Made by a program: the position numbers and the translations under genes
Source: Candidatus Marinacidobacterales bacterium
Lineage (GTDB): Bacteria > Acidobacteriota > Vicinamibacteria > Marinacidobacterales > SMYC01
Assembly: GCA_965237955.1 (NCBI GenBank)
Contig: OZ250169.1
Coordinates: 3,008,001-3,072,000, forward strand
DNA: 64,000 bases
Direction of reading: 5' to 3'
The notes under the pieces: generated by a model
Databases searched by the model: none
What the model saw: only the letters and a program-made list of their open reading frames with translations
Told to the model about the DNA's origin: nothing
Shown here: one piece after another, positions 43,911 to 54,863 of the stretch
Position numbering within the stretch: position 1 is the first letter of the stretch
How the letters are laid out: each line of letters begins with the position of its first letter

Positions 43911-44994
43911 ATATCTGGACTCCTCTAGTCAAGCCCCTTTCTTAATAAATCTTCCATCGAAGCTGCGCATCCATCGCGTCGTGACGAGTGGGTCAGACTG
44001 CAAACGTATCTTCGGCCTCAGTGAGGAGCGTCTTGGGTGCTCCGGGCCATGATGGAAAATCCGCGCGCGAGGAGCCAATCACTTTGAACGACCTCTTAGG
44101 GCCAGTGTTGCTATCGGCTTGACCCCGCGCCGGTCCGACCGGTACGCCATCAGTTGGATGGGTATCGTCGCAGCCTCTTTTGGAAGGGAAAAAGGAAAAC
44201 ACGAAAGTGGAGCCTCTAAGTCTAAGCGGCCATCGGCGACTGGAATTCACTCTCGCGGGTGGAGACGGCCCAGACGATCCGGGCGAGTTTGTTGGCGACA
44301 GCAATCATATCTGGACTCCTCTAGTCAAGCCCCTTTCTTAATAAATCTTCCATCGAAGCTGCGCATCCATCGCGTCGTGACGAGTGGGTCAGACTGCAAA
44401 CGTATCTTCGGCCTCAGTGAGGAGCGTCTTGGGTGCTCCGGGCCATGATGGAAAATCCGCGCGCGAGGAGCCAATCACTTTGAACGACCTCTTAGGGCCA
44501 GTGTTGCTATCGGCTTGACCCCGCGCCGGTCCGACCGGTACGCCATCAGTTGGATGGGTATCGTCGCAGCCTCTTTTGGAAGGGAAAAAGGAAAACACGT
44601 ATCTGGACTCCTCTAGTCAAGCCCCTTTCTTAATAAATCTTCCATCGAAGCTGCGCATCCATCGCGTCGTGACGAGTGGGTCAGACTGCAAACGTATCTT
44701 CGGCCTCAGTGAGGAGCGTCTTGGGTGCTCCGGGCCATGATGGAAAATCCGCGCGCGAGGAGCCAATCACTTTGAACGACCTCTTAGGGCCAGTGTTGCT
44801 ATCGGCTTGACCCCGCGCCGGTCCGACCGGTACGCCATCAGTTGGATGGGTATCGTCGCAGCCTCTTTTGGAAGGGAAAAAGGAAAACACGAAAGTGGAG
44901 CCTCTAAGTCTAAGCGGCCATCGGCGACTGGAATTCACTCTCGCGGGTGGAGACGGCCCAGACGATCCGGGCGAGTTTGTTGGCGACAGCAATC
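43911..44994 (-). repeat. Three tandem extra IS1111 right-end (bridge RNA) units of 396, 293 and 395 bp
   Basis: (A)TATCTGGACTCC restarts at 43911, 44307, 44600 and 44995. Confidence 0.92.
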
Positions 44995-45307
44995 ATATCT
45001 GGACTCCTCTAGTCAAGCCCCTTTCTTAATAAATCTTCCATCGAAGCTGCGCATCCATCGCGTCGTGACGAGTGGGTCAGACTGCAAACGTATCTTCGGC
45101 CTCAGTGAGGAGCGTCTTGGGTGCTCCGGGCCATGATGGAAAATCCGCGCGCGAGGAGCCAATCACTTTGAACGACCTCTTAGGGCCAGTGTTGCTATCG
45201 GCTTGACCCCGCGCCGGTCCGACCGGTACGCCATCAGTTGGATGGGTATCGTCGCAGCCTCTCTTTTGGAAGGGAAAAAGGAAAACACGAAAGTGGAGCC
45301 TCTAAGT

Positions 45308-46339
45308 CTAAGCGGCCATCGGCGACTGGAATTCACTCTCGCGGGTGGAGACGGCCCAGACGATCCGGGCGAGTTTGTTGGCGACAGCAATCACGGCCTT
45401 GTTGTGTCCCCGCGAGCGGTGGACCTTCCGAGCCCAGGCGCGGAGCTTGTCGGGCGGGCTCTTACTGACGTTCGCCGCGCGGAGCACGGCGCGCCCGCCC
45501 TGGGTGAGGAGCATACGGAGGTAGGAGTCGCCACGCTTGGTGATGCGTCCGAGGCGGCGAATGTCGCCACTGGAGTTTTCCTTGGGAACTAGGCCGAGGT
45601 AGCTCGAGAAGCGGCGCCCCGATGGGAAGCGGCGAAGATCGCCGACGAAGCCCACGATGGCGGTCGCGGTCAGAAGTCCGATGCCGGGAATGGCGAGAAG
45701 TCGTTGGACTTCAGGAAGCTGCTTGGTGAGCGCCTTGAGCTCGTGCTCGATGCCAGCGCACTTGTCCTTGAGTTCTCGAATCTCGGAGCAGGCATCACGG
45801 AGATGCGAACGGAGCACGTCGGGCAAATCAGAATCAGCGTCTTCGACGAGTTCGAAGAGGGCGGGCACGACGAAGTGAGCGCCCTTTGGGATGATGAATC
45901 CGAGTTCGCGCAGGATCCCGCGTACGGCATTGATGCGTGCGGTCCGTGTGGAGAGCCATCCTGAGCGCAGGCGATGGAGCGCGGCGAGGCTGTGCTGGTG
46001 CACGGACTTAATGGGCACGGGAAGAATCTCCTCGTTCCTGTAGGCCTCGAGCAACGCTTTGGCGTCGGCGCGGTCGTTCTTGCTCCCGCGTCGATAGGGC
46101 CTCACGAGGTGAGGTGGGAGCAGGACGACGTCGTGTCCCAACCTTCGGAACGTCCTTGCCCAGAAGTGAGCAGAGCCGCAGGCTTCGAGAAGCACGGTGG
46201 CAGCGCTCTGTTTGGCAAAAAACGACACCAACTTGGGTCGACTCACACGGAGTTGCTTGGACACCTTCCCCGCTTCTCCCGAGATGGCAATCTCGAAGAC
46301 GTTCTTTGCAAGATCCACAGCGATCGTCGTATCTTTCAT
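45308..46339 (-). CDS. IS110-family recombinase
   Basis: Protein is identical to the other copies. Confidence 0.95.
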   Translation of the reverse strand: MKDTTIAVDLAKNVFEIAISGEAGKVSKQLRVSRPKLVSFFAKQSAATVLLEACGSAHFWARTFRRLGHDVVLLPPHLVRPYRRGSKNDRADAKALLEAYRNEEILPVPIKSVHQHSLAALHRLRSGWLSTRTARINAVRGILRELGFIIPKGAHFVVPALFELVEDADSDLPDVLRSHLRDACSEIRELKDKCAGIEHELKALTKQLPEVQRLLAIPGIGLLTATAIVGFVGDLRRFPSGRRFSSYLGLVPKENSSGDIRRLGRITKRGDSYLRMLLTQGGRAVLRAANVSKSPPDKLRAWARKVHRSRGHNKAVIAVANKLARIVWAVSTRESEFQSPMAA

Positions 46340-46486
46340 TCGGACTCCTCCTTTTCGATGCGTATTCGACTGACTTTGGCACATCGATGCCGTCTATGTC
46401 AGCGGAGGAGTCCATTCCATCACTTGATGGCGGAAGCACCGCACAGGACGGGGTCAAGAGCCGTGCTTCGGCTACCCACCCAACTT

Positions 46487-47968
46487 CTACCGGTCGGCAA
46501 GGGGTTCCGACAGCAACCGCCGCGCCGCTGCCAGGAGTCGATCCTTCCAGGCAACGCGTTCCCGCCAGTGGTCGGGGATGGCGTTCAGGCCGTAGAGGGC
46601 GCCGGCGAGCTGCCCCGTCACTGCTGCTACCGTATCGGCGTCGTCGGCCAGGTTGGCCGCGAGCAGCACCGCGCTGCGGAAGTCTCCGGTGCGGGCGACT
46701 GACCAGATGGCGGCTTCGAGCGTGTGAACGACGTACCCGCTGGAGCGGATCGTATCCCGTGTCCGTCCTCGCCAGCTACCGGCTATGACCTGAGTGATTG
46801 CCGCCGCTCCCGTGAACCGTCTCGGAGCCAGAACGTCCGAGAACGGTGACCCGCCAATGGCGTCTGCCAGGAGTGCGCCGAACGCCCGGCAGGCGTCCAC
46901 TGCTTCCTCGGCTCCGTGGGTCGTCCGGGACTGGTCGGCGGCTGTTGCGAGCAGGCGCGGCCGGTCGTGCCTGAACCGGAGCGCAACGGGGGCGAGCCGC
47001 ATCAGCGAGCCGTTGCCTGCGCTCAAGGGATCGGTCGAACCCGCGACCGGGTCACCCGTCCGTAGGTACCGGGTGAGCGCTTGGCAGGTCGTGTTTCCGA
47101 TGTCGAAGCAGTCTCCGCTCCACGAGTAGTCTCCGTCTCGCCACCACTTCACGAAACGGTCCATCAGGTCCCGGCAGTCGAGCGTCTTGGATTCCGCCAG
47201 GCTGTCGGCAAGGGCCAGCGCCATGGCCGTGTCGTCGGTCCAGGCACCGGCCGGCAGATCGAAGGGGCCGCCACCGACCATGTCTTCTAGACGCGGCTGC
47301 GTATCGCGAGAGCAGAATTCGAGCGTCGTGCCGACCGCGTCGCCCACCGCCAGACCGAGGAAGGCCCCGAGCGCCCGGTCGTGGATGTCGTCCGCGGTCC
47401 GGGATGGAACCGATGGTGCTCGTGCCGAACACTGCCTCACGTGGGCCAGCTGGGAGTCGTTCTCGATGGTCCCTTCGTGGGCGTCGCGCACGCGGCGGAT
47501 CGCATCGTCCGGTTGCACGCCCAACTCCACCAGCAGGCGGGCTGTGATGGTCCCGGCACGTCCCAGACCACCCCGGCAGTGGAGCAGCACGTCGAAGCCG
47601 AGCCGCAGCCGGTTCCTGATGGACTCGCCGGTGGCCTTCCAGGCGTGCTCGAAGTCCTGTTCCGGCGCCTCTCCGTCGGGAATCTGGGCATGCCACCACT
47701 CCATGTGCCGGTCTCGAACCGCCCTCGGGAGATCGTGCACCTTCAGACAGGCGAGCTCTTCGTGGGTGATCAGGCTGACCACCGCAGTCGCTCCCCAGTG
47801 CTGAATCGCGTCGAGGTCGGTGTCGAGATCCCGCTTCCAGGGCCCGGATATTGCGTAGCGATCGATCCTACCGGGGCACTGCGAGAAGCCGATTCGGCCC
47901 CGGCCGTCGCCCAGGGTCATCGCCGTGATGCGGAGTGGGTGGCTCTCGCTGGTTCTTGCCGTCGGCAT
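46487..47968 (-). CDS. Cys-phosphatase-ADP-ribosylglycohydrolase fusion, allele 2
   Basis: Full 493 aa. It differs from allele 1 in patches (EELACLK vs EEIPDLK; HEGTIEND vs REWTIENG). Confidence 0.9.
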   Translation of the reverse strand: MPTARTSESHPLRITAMTLGDGRGRIGFSQCPGRIDRYAISGPWKRDLDTDLDAIQHWGATAVVSLITHEELACLKVHDLPRAVRDRHMEWWHAQIPDGEAPEQDFEHAWKATGESIRNRLRLGFDVLLHCRGGLGRAGTITARLLVELGVQPDDAIRRVRDAHEGTIENDSQLAHVRQCSARAPSVPSRTADDIHDRALGAFLGLAVGDAVGTTLEFCSRDTQPRLEDMVGGGPFDLPAGAWTDDTAMALALADSLAESKTLDCRDLMDRFVKWWRDGDYSWSGDCFDIGNTTCQALTRYLRTGDPVAGSTDPLSAGNGSLMRLAPVALRFRHDRPRLLATAADQSRTTHGAEEAVDACRAFGALLADAIGGSPFSDVLAPRRFTGAAAITQVIAGSWRGRTRDTIRSSGYVVHTLEAAIWSVARTGDFRSAVLLAANLADDADTVAAVTGQLAGALYGLNAIPDHWRERVAWKDRLLAAARRLLSEPLADR

Positions 47969-47989
47969 GGACTCTATTCTCTAACGGGG

Positions 47990-48085
47990 CTGTGCTCCGC
48001 AAAAAAGAAGATTGGCCAGAAGCAGCCAAACATAGTAGGTCTAGAACGTGCAATCAACGCCGGATCGATTTATTGCGGAGCACAG
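47990..48085. repeat. 96-bp MITE-like element
   Basis: 13-bp IR CTGTGCTCCGCAA / TTGCGGAGCACAG. Confidence 0.55.
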
Positions 48086-48109
48086 GGCAACAGTAAACGA
48101 AGCAAGCAG

Positions 48110-48666
48110 CCGCGGATGAATAAATAGAAGGCACAGGCGATTGATCAGCGCGAGCGCAGCGTAAAGTCTTAGCGTCATCTCACCAACACTTAATGGCGGA
48201 AGCACCCGCAACGAGAGCCGCGGCCGTTTCACCGAACGGCGGAGCACGGCGAGCTGCTGCCGAAGAGCGACATTCTCGAGAGCCAGCTCGTGGCGAGCCT
48301 TGAAGGCAGAGACGAGAGCGCGAACAAACGACGAAATCATGCCGGCATGGTGCCGGCAGACCGGAGACTAATCAAGTTCGGTGCGCGCGGATGAATAAAT
48401 AGAAGGCACAACTATCGCGGCTCCGATCTGAACGTTTTCGTCTCGGCGCTGAAGGACAAGTCAAACATTGAGGTTTGCGTTCGCGAGTGGTACGGGGGCT
48501 CCTCGAACTAACACCCATTGGCGATCGTCGAGAACCCTGTAGCGAAACTTACCAACGCCACACCTCACCGATGTTCTCGATCCGGGCCAGTCCGTCGCTT
48601 GATCTGATAGCATGATAAGGAAGTGGAGGAGCGCCGTTCTTTTTCCACGAACCTCGGTACACATCC
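48110..48666. mobile_element. C ends, a B-type IR and an IS256-like right end
   Basis: AATAGAAGGCACA ends at 48135 and 48409. CACTTAATGGCGGAAGCACC lies at ~48187-48206. TTTTCCACGAACCTCGG lies at ~48641. Confidence 0.7.
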
Positions 48667-48703
48667 GGGGATGGGGATTATTTAGACTGTCAGAGGGAAC
48701 GAC

Positions 48704-50345
48704 ATGGCTACACACTCTGAGTATTTGGCAGGCCTGACATTAGAGGACCGCACTGCGCTTGAAGGTCGCCTGCTCGAACGGCAGTCCGGAAAATGCTTCA
48801 TTTGTGACGACACCATCGATCCCGTACTCCACCAGGATCAGCTCGACGTTGACCATACCGTCCCGCTGGCCGAGCAAGGCGCAGACGACGAGCACAACTT
48901 CGCTCTGACTCATGCGAGCTGCAATCGGAGCAAGGGCGCGTCCGACCTGCGAGTGGCACGCCGCATGGCGGAATTCGAGAAGCTCCAGCAGCAAGCCCTT
49001 GAGCGTGGCGAACGCGGAGCGAACCTGGGACACGTGCTTGCCAAGCATGGCGGGGCCAAGGCTGCCATTCGACTCCGGAATTCGGGTGGCAGGATCGAGT
49101 TCACTCTGTCGGCCGCCGGTGACGAAACGATTCAGAGTGTTCCCCTGTATCAAGATCCCATGAGCGGCATGATGTACTTCTTTAGCGTGTTTCCGCTGGA
49201 GTACATCCACCACGACGACTGTATCAACCCGCGTTCCATTGGGAGAAGCATACGCCCGCTGATCGAGGAGTTCTTGCGGAAGCGACCCCAACTGCACGTT
49301 GGCCTGGCGTGGTGGGCACCGGAAGAAGACGGCACAGGAAAGATCAAGATGTTTGACGGACAGCACAAAGCGGCGGCCCAGATTCTCATTGGCAGCCGAG
49401 AGCTTCCGGTGCGCGTATTCGTCAAGCCAGATCTTAACGTTCTGGTCCAGGCAAACACCAACGCCGCTGATAAGCCAAGGCAGGTCGCGTTCGACACGGC
49501 GGTTCTGCGGCACCTCGGCAGCACCCTGTACGCCGAACGAGTCAAGCGGTACCGGGAGTTAAAAGGACTCATAGATGACGATGATTCCTTCAGCGAAAAG
49601 GACCTCGTAGCGTTTTTCCACGGCGAGCGCAGAGAGGTACAGAAATACATCGTCGACTGGGTGCGGGACTCGGTGAACTACCACCGGGACAATCGCCTCA
49701 AGGAGTATGTGGAATGGGCCGGCAAGAAGGGAGATAGGTCGCTCGCTTACGCGACCCTGGAACGAACATTCTTCGCGGAATTTCTTTGCAAGTACGCCCT
49801 CGACACGCCGATCGGACTCGGCATGGACCGTGGAGACAATCCGCGAATGATCGAGCGAGACCAGCTGGTCCGGCTGATGAGTCTGTACGCCGACATCTTC
49901 TTCGTGGGTCAGTGGGATCCGGACCTGGGCGGACGACGTCTGGAAGGGCCGCCTCCAGAAAGGGGAAGTCATCGCCGAGGGACACCTTCGGGCGTGGCGC
50001 GTTACGCGCGAGGAGATTCTGGCTATGATCATGCAGCACGTCCGGCTTGCGATCGAGAACTACTTCGCCTGGCAAGGCAAACTAATCGAAAAGGACCGGT
50101 TGATGCAGTACCGGCTTCCAGAAGACGTCTGGGCGCGGGTCGAGACATTTCTCCGCCGTCTGTCAGGTCTGCCGGCGTGGATCGACAAGAACCTCAGCAA
50201 CACGGTCTTCGGTGCTAAGCAGAATCGAGATTTCTGGGCGGAGGTCTTCAAAACAGGAAGAAGCACGACCGGTGTTCAGGTTTTCACAGGGCCCATTAAC
50301 GTCATCGACATGATGCAAGAATCAGGCTCAGGGCGGACACGATGA
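48704..50345 (+). CDS. HNH endonuclease fused to a DGQH (ParB/DndB-like) domain; one frameshift near 49947
   Basis: CFIC...DVDH...HN...HASCNRSKG, then FDGQHK. Removing one G joins 48704-49947 to the 50025-50345 frame. Confidence 0.75.
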
Positions 50346-50878
50346 AGATCCCCGGCAAAGCAAACGTCAACAAATCGCTAGTGGACCTCAGGAAGAGTCT
50401 CAAGGAGTGTCTGGCCCAGGTCAATCAGGAGGCAGGGATGTTGCTCTCCAAGGGCAGCTATGCGCGCGCCGAATCGCTAGTCAAAGTCGCGAAGTCCGTC
50501 GACACTTTCCGCGTCGACGTTGAGAGCCTCCACACACGGTGGAAGGAGATCAAAGGCGGACCTCAAGGTACCGCCAAGACGCCACAAACTCCGCTCTGGG
50601 AGTACTACCAGCCAATCCTTCAGGCCCTTATAGATCTCGACGGTGCTGCCAAGTCCGCTGAGATTGAGCCAGCAGTCGGACTCCTGCTGAAGGGTCGTCT
50701 TGTTGAAGGCGATCTGAGCATCATGGCCAATGGGAGCGCGCGCTGGCAGGCCATGATTCGCAGAGCCAGAAAACACATGGTGAAGGAAGGCCTTCTCGAC
50801 AGCGATACGGGGATGGACTGGAAGATCACGCAACAGGGACGCAAGGCGGCCGCAGCCAGGAAGAACGCAAAGGGTTGA
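50342..50878 (+). CDS. Mrr N-terminal-like winged-helix protein with a helical N-terminus
   Basis: YYQPILQALIDLDG...RW...IRRARKHMVKEGLL...WKITQQG. ATGA overlap with the upstream gene. Confidence 0.75.
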   Translation: MKIPGKANVNKSLVDLRKSLKECLAQVNQEAGMLLSKGSYARAESLVKVAKSVDTFRVDVESLHTRWKEIKGGPQGTAKTPQTPLWEYYQPILQALIDLDGAAKSAEIEPAVGLLLKGRLVEGDLSIMANGSARWQAMIRRARKHMVKEGLLDSDTGMDWKITQQGRKAAAARKNAKG

Positions 50879-51063
50879 GGCCATTCCCTACGAACGTTTG
50901 AGCGGTCCTCTCTGAAGACTGTATGGCTGAGGCTTCGGCATTGACGCGGCCGGATGGGCGACACTTGGCATCGGGCTCTAACGGTACCTGTGGCGCGCGG
51001 TGTTTGAGGCCGGCGACGTCATGCGACCTCTTGCCCGGGCAACCTGTGAGTATCGGATAGACA

Positions 51064-52497
51064 ATGGCCAACCCATTCTTCGATCACCCCATCCTGAATT
51101 CGCCCTATGAGTGCCCACAGCGGCACTGGGAGTTGGACTTCGAGGGGCAGCCGACGCATCAGGTCTTGGACCGCCGTCGGCGCGCCGAGTTCATCACGCC
51201 GATTCCAAAGCCGAAGAAGCGGAAAGACCGGCAGCAGGCCGAGATAGTCTTCGACGAGGGGAAAGGCCTCTCCACCAAGGAACAGCAATACGATCCGACC
51301 TCCATCATCAATGAAGTGCGTCAAAACGTGGATGTGTGGCGGGACTTGCCTAACCCCAACCAGTGGCAGGTCAGCCCGGAAACCGCGCGCCTGCTCCAGC
51401 ACTGGCGGCGCCACCCGTTCGGCAGCATCCGCCCGTTCTTTTGTCAGGTGGAAGCCGTCGAAACTGCGATCTGGCTGACCGAGGTCGCGCCACAATCCAA
51501 GGGCGGTAAACGGTTGCTCAACCACTTGGCCAGAGCCAACAAGGACGCCAATCCCGAACTGATGCGCCTCGCGCTGAAGCTGGCCACCGGGGCCGGTAAG
51601 ACAACTGTCATGGCCATGCTGATCGCGTGGCAGACCATCAATGCGGTGCGCCGCCCCGGCAGCAAGTCCTTCACCCGAGGCTTCCTGGTCGTCGCACCAG
51701 GTCTGACCATCAAGGATCGGCTCCGCGTCCTCCAGCCGAACGACCCGGACAGTTACTACGCCAGCCGAGAGCTCGTGCCGCACGACCTGCTCGATGACGT
51801 GAACCGTGCCAAGATCGTTATCACCAATTACCACGCCTTCAAGTTACGCGAGCGCATCGAGCTGTCTGCCGGCGGACGCGCGTTGCTCAGGGGCCGCACC
51901 GGCGACGAGCTGAACACCACTGAAACCGAAGGGCAGATGCTCCAGCGTGCCATGCCTGACCTGATGGGCATCAAGAACATCCTGGTGCTCAACGACGAGG
52001 CGCACCATTGCTACCGCGAGAAGCCACCGGAGCCGGACGATGCGCATCTGAAGGGCGACGACAGAAAGGAGGCCGAAAAGAACAACGAAGCGGCCCGCCT
52101 CTGGATCTCCGGTCTCGAAGCTGTGAATCGTAAGCTCGGCCTCTCCCGTGTGATCGACCTGTCCGCCACGCCATTCTTCCTGAGCGGGTCCGGCTATGCC
52201 GAGGGCACGCTCTTCCCATGGACGATGAGCGACTTCTCGCTGATGGACGCCATTGAGTGCGGCATCGTGAAACTGCCACGCGTCCCGGTCGCGGAAAACA
52301 TTCCCGGCGACGAAATGCCCGTCTATCGCGACCTTTGGAAGAACATCCGCAATAAGATGCCTAAGAAGGGGCGCAGCCAGGGCGGAGAGCTTGATCCGCT
52401 CAAACTGCCCACTCGACTGCAAACCGCTCTTGCGGCGCTCTACGGGCACTACGAGAAGACCTTCACGCTGTGGGAGGCAGGGGGCATTCGTGTGCCA
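51064..52497 (+). pseudogene. Type III restriction (Res) subunit, truncated by element A
   Basis: PILNSPY, LATGAGKT, DEAHH, LSATP and DAIECGIVKLPR. Confidence 0.85.
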
Positions 52498-53597
52498 CCC
52501 CGTCCTGTGCCAAAACTCGGCCCTTTTGAAATAGCCTATAAATCAACAGCTTAGAGTCTGTGTTTTGCGACCGGGTTAAGGGCCGTGGGCTTCACAATCG
52601 TCTGGCCCGAGGGTGTTATCTTTGGAGCCATCATGACGTACCACGTGCAATTCTTACTGCTCGTTCTGGCGGGCTGGGTCAACCGCCAGCAGCAGGATGT
52701 GATTGATTAGCTGCGAGAGGAGAACCGTGTGCTCCGAGCCGGGCTTCGGGGTTGCGCCAGAGTTTCACTTCAACCACCACCAGATGCCCCTCTGGCGTGA
52801 TGAACAGGTTGTCCACCGACCCAACGTGGAGCGGAAGTTCCATACAGACGGGCACGAGAGGGCCGATACCCGGCTCGATCTGGTCCATGGGCAGACACGT
52901 CGGATGCTGGTGGATGAGTTCTTGCAACCAGCGCTCGTCCAAGTTGGAGGCTTGGTGCAGGCGCGTGGATTCGCCTTCCGACACCAGAATTGGCGTTCCG
53001 CTCGCGGTAGTCAATTCGTGCTCCAGGGTTGATCTCGCCGGTCGGGTCGGCCTCGGCCGACGTCGGCAGGTTCTTGAGTGCGCCTCGCAGGCGCGTATAT
53101 CCCCACGTCGGGTTCTCCCGCGCCACGCGCACAATGAGACTCACGGATGTCCTTCGCCGTCGGAGGTCGGCCTGGACTCCGGTTCTTGCTGCCATCGTAC
53201 TTGGCTGCGATGAGGCAGCGGTACCAGCGCAGAAGCGTAGCGGGTGTGGCAACGGACGCAATCTGGGCCAGCGCCTCGCGGCCCAAAGCCTGGGCCTTGA
53301 CCGCGAGCCTGCGCCGCTCGTCGTCCGAGAGCCTGAGACGCTTGCCCCGAAGCCCGGCTCGGAGCACACGGTTCTCCTCTTGCAGGTAGTCGATCACATC
53401 CTGCTGCTGGCGGTTGACCCAGCCAGCTAGAACGAGCAGTAAGAATTGCACGTGGTACGTCATCATGGACCTGAAGATAACACCCTCGGGCCAGACGATT
53501 GTAAAGCCTACGGCCCTTGGCCCCGGCGCAAACACAGACACTAAGCTGCTGATTTATGGCCTATTTCAAAAGGGCCGAGTTTTGGCACAGGACGGGG
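52498..53597. mobile_element. Two inward-facing A left ends enclosing a PD-(D/E)XK/NucS-like gene fragment (~52752-53066)
   Basis: Transposase 5' pieces on opposite strands. The internal fragment reads ERWLQEL...SVDNLF...VVEVKLWRNPE. Confidence 0.7.
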
Positions 53598-53682
53598 AAC
53601 AGGTTTATTGGCAGACCTATTCTTAGGCCGGCCAAGGAGCCACCGCTACCCCAAATTCAACATCCGGCGGGACATCCCCGTC

Positions 53683-53829
53683 CATTGGTACAACACGCAA
53701 CGACTCTTGGAGCCGATCGGAAATGTCTCCCCCGTCGAGTACGAGATGAACTACTATCGGTCGCAGGAAGGCTCGCTGGAGATGGCGAGACTCAACTAAA
53801 ACAGTCTCCGGAAAACCCGGAGCGGTTCA
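53683..53829 (+). mobile_element. IS3-family right end
   Basis: HWYNTQRLLEPIGNVSPVEYE and terminus ...GGAAAACCCGGAGCGGTTCA. Confidence 0.8.
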
Positions 53830-53885
53830 GACACCGAAGACCTTGAGTGTCGGACCAATACTAAACTTGTACATTCGGCCACCTG

Positions 53886-54860
53886 TTAGCGTGCACGATA
53901 CAAGACCTCTGATACACGAAGGGATACGGCACTAGGGATTATTGCCGAACCTTTAACCAACTCCCGTAGAGAGTCTCTCGCATTATCGGATTCGGGCACA
54001 TTAGATCCAATCGTGATCTGACTACCAGTATTAAGAATCGACTCGCAATTCAATTCTGGAATCTGAACGTACTGTCTAACACGACCATATTGTACATGCT
54101 TTCCTCGAATGGCGTCCTGCACGTCCTTTTCATCATCCTCTGACAGAAATGCGACAGCCCTATATTCCCGTTCCATTGCATAGTGCGACCTTTTCCGAAG
54201 AAATCTTTGTCTAAACAGAGGATCACACGCCGCAACAACCCCCAGGCAAATCTCTGACCAGAGGTTCGCATCCAACGCACGACTGTGTAGGTCCTCAAGA
54301 TCTCTCAAGAACGTCGAGAACACTGATAAGTCCATCTGTATTGGCAACTCATCAGCGTACGTGATCTTTCCGACAATTGTATTGTCAACTAGTTCTCTCG
54401 ATAAATGAGGGGGAATTGTAATAGACACACCGCGGCAGTCACTACCATAAAGTCTCCAAAACAGGAGATCATCCCCCGCATCTATCGTTTGCCCGTCTGT
54501 GTGCTCAATACCAACAAAACAGCAAACATTCGCTGCGCCGTAGCGTTTCCACACCCATGACTCTTTGCCCAATTTTTGCAGCAAACATGAAATGAAACTA
54601 CCTTCAGACGTAACGCGGCCCTCTTCCGGGTCATTCATTGTTGACGTGTCTGAAAGTCTGAGCCCCCCATCTGGTGCTTGGAGCATGGAAACGATTACTT
54701 CCAAAGAAGTGTAGTGAGCCAAGTGCAACGTCACTGGCGGGTCATCTCCCGACCGCGAGATAGATTGTACGTCGTTCCATCGTCGTTGAAGCTCGCGCGC
54801 TTGCGCGGTAATGTCGACAGCTTTCTGGCGCAAGACTTCGAATGTTTGAGACCTACTCAT
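53886..54860 (-). CDS. DUF2971-like protein
   Basis: LAHYTS, MNDPEEG, DDLLFWRLYG...GVSI and KRSHYAMEREYR. Confidence 0.75.
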   Translation of the reverse strand: MSRSQTFEVLRQKAVDITAQARELQRRWNDVQSISRSGDDPPVTLHLAHYTSLEVIVSMLQAPDGGLRLSDTSTMNDPEEGRVTSEGSFISCLLQKLGKESWVWKRYGAANVCCFVGIEHTDGQTIDAGDDLLFWRLYGSDCRGVSITIPPHLSRELVDNTIVGKITYADELPIQMDLSVFSTFLRDLEDLHSRALDANLWSEICLGVVAACDPLFRQRFLRKRSHYAMEREYRAVAFLSEDDEKDVQDAIRGKHVQYGRVRQYVQIPELNCESILNTGSQITIGSNVPESDNARDSLRELVKGSAIIPSAVSLRVSEVLYRAR

Positions 54861-54863
54861 GAG

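Larger units (their letters stand above)
43686..46440. mobile_element. MITE B carrying a right-end array plus IS1111 copy 5 (44995-46420)
   Basis: Both MITE IRs are present and the insertion point is the same. Confidence 0.9.

Noticed and set aside
44290-44335. Junction-created promoter TTGACT...TATGAT on the minus strand driving the next array unit
   Set aside because: Spacing is only 13 bp, too short for a sigma70 promoter.
43911-44994. CRISPR-like array
   Set aside because: The units are 293-396-bp copies of an IS end, with no short repeats, no unique spacers and no cas genes.
47969-47990. Integron cassette boundary (GTTAGAG just before the ARH start)
   Set aside because: There is no matching RYYYAAC/attC hairpin after the gene and no integron integrase in the window.
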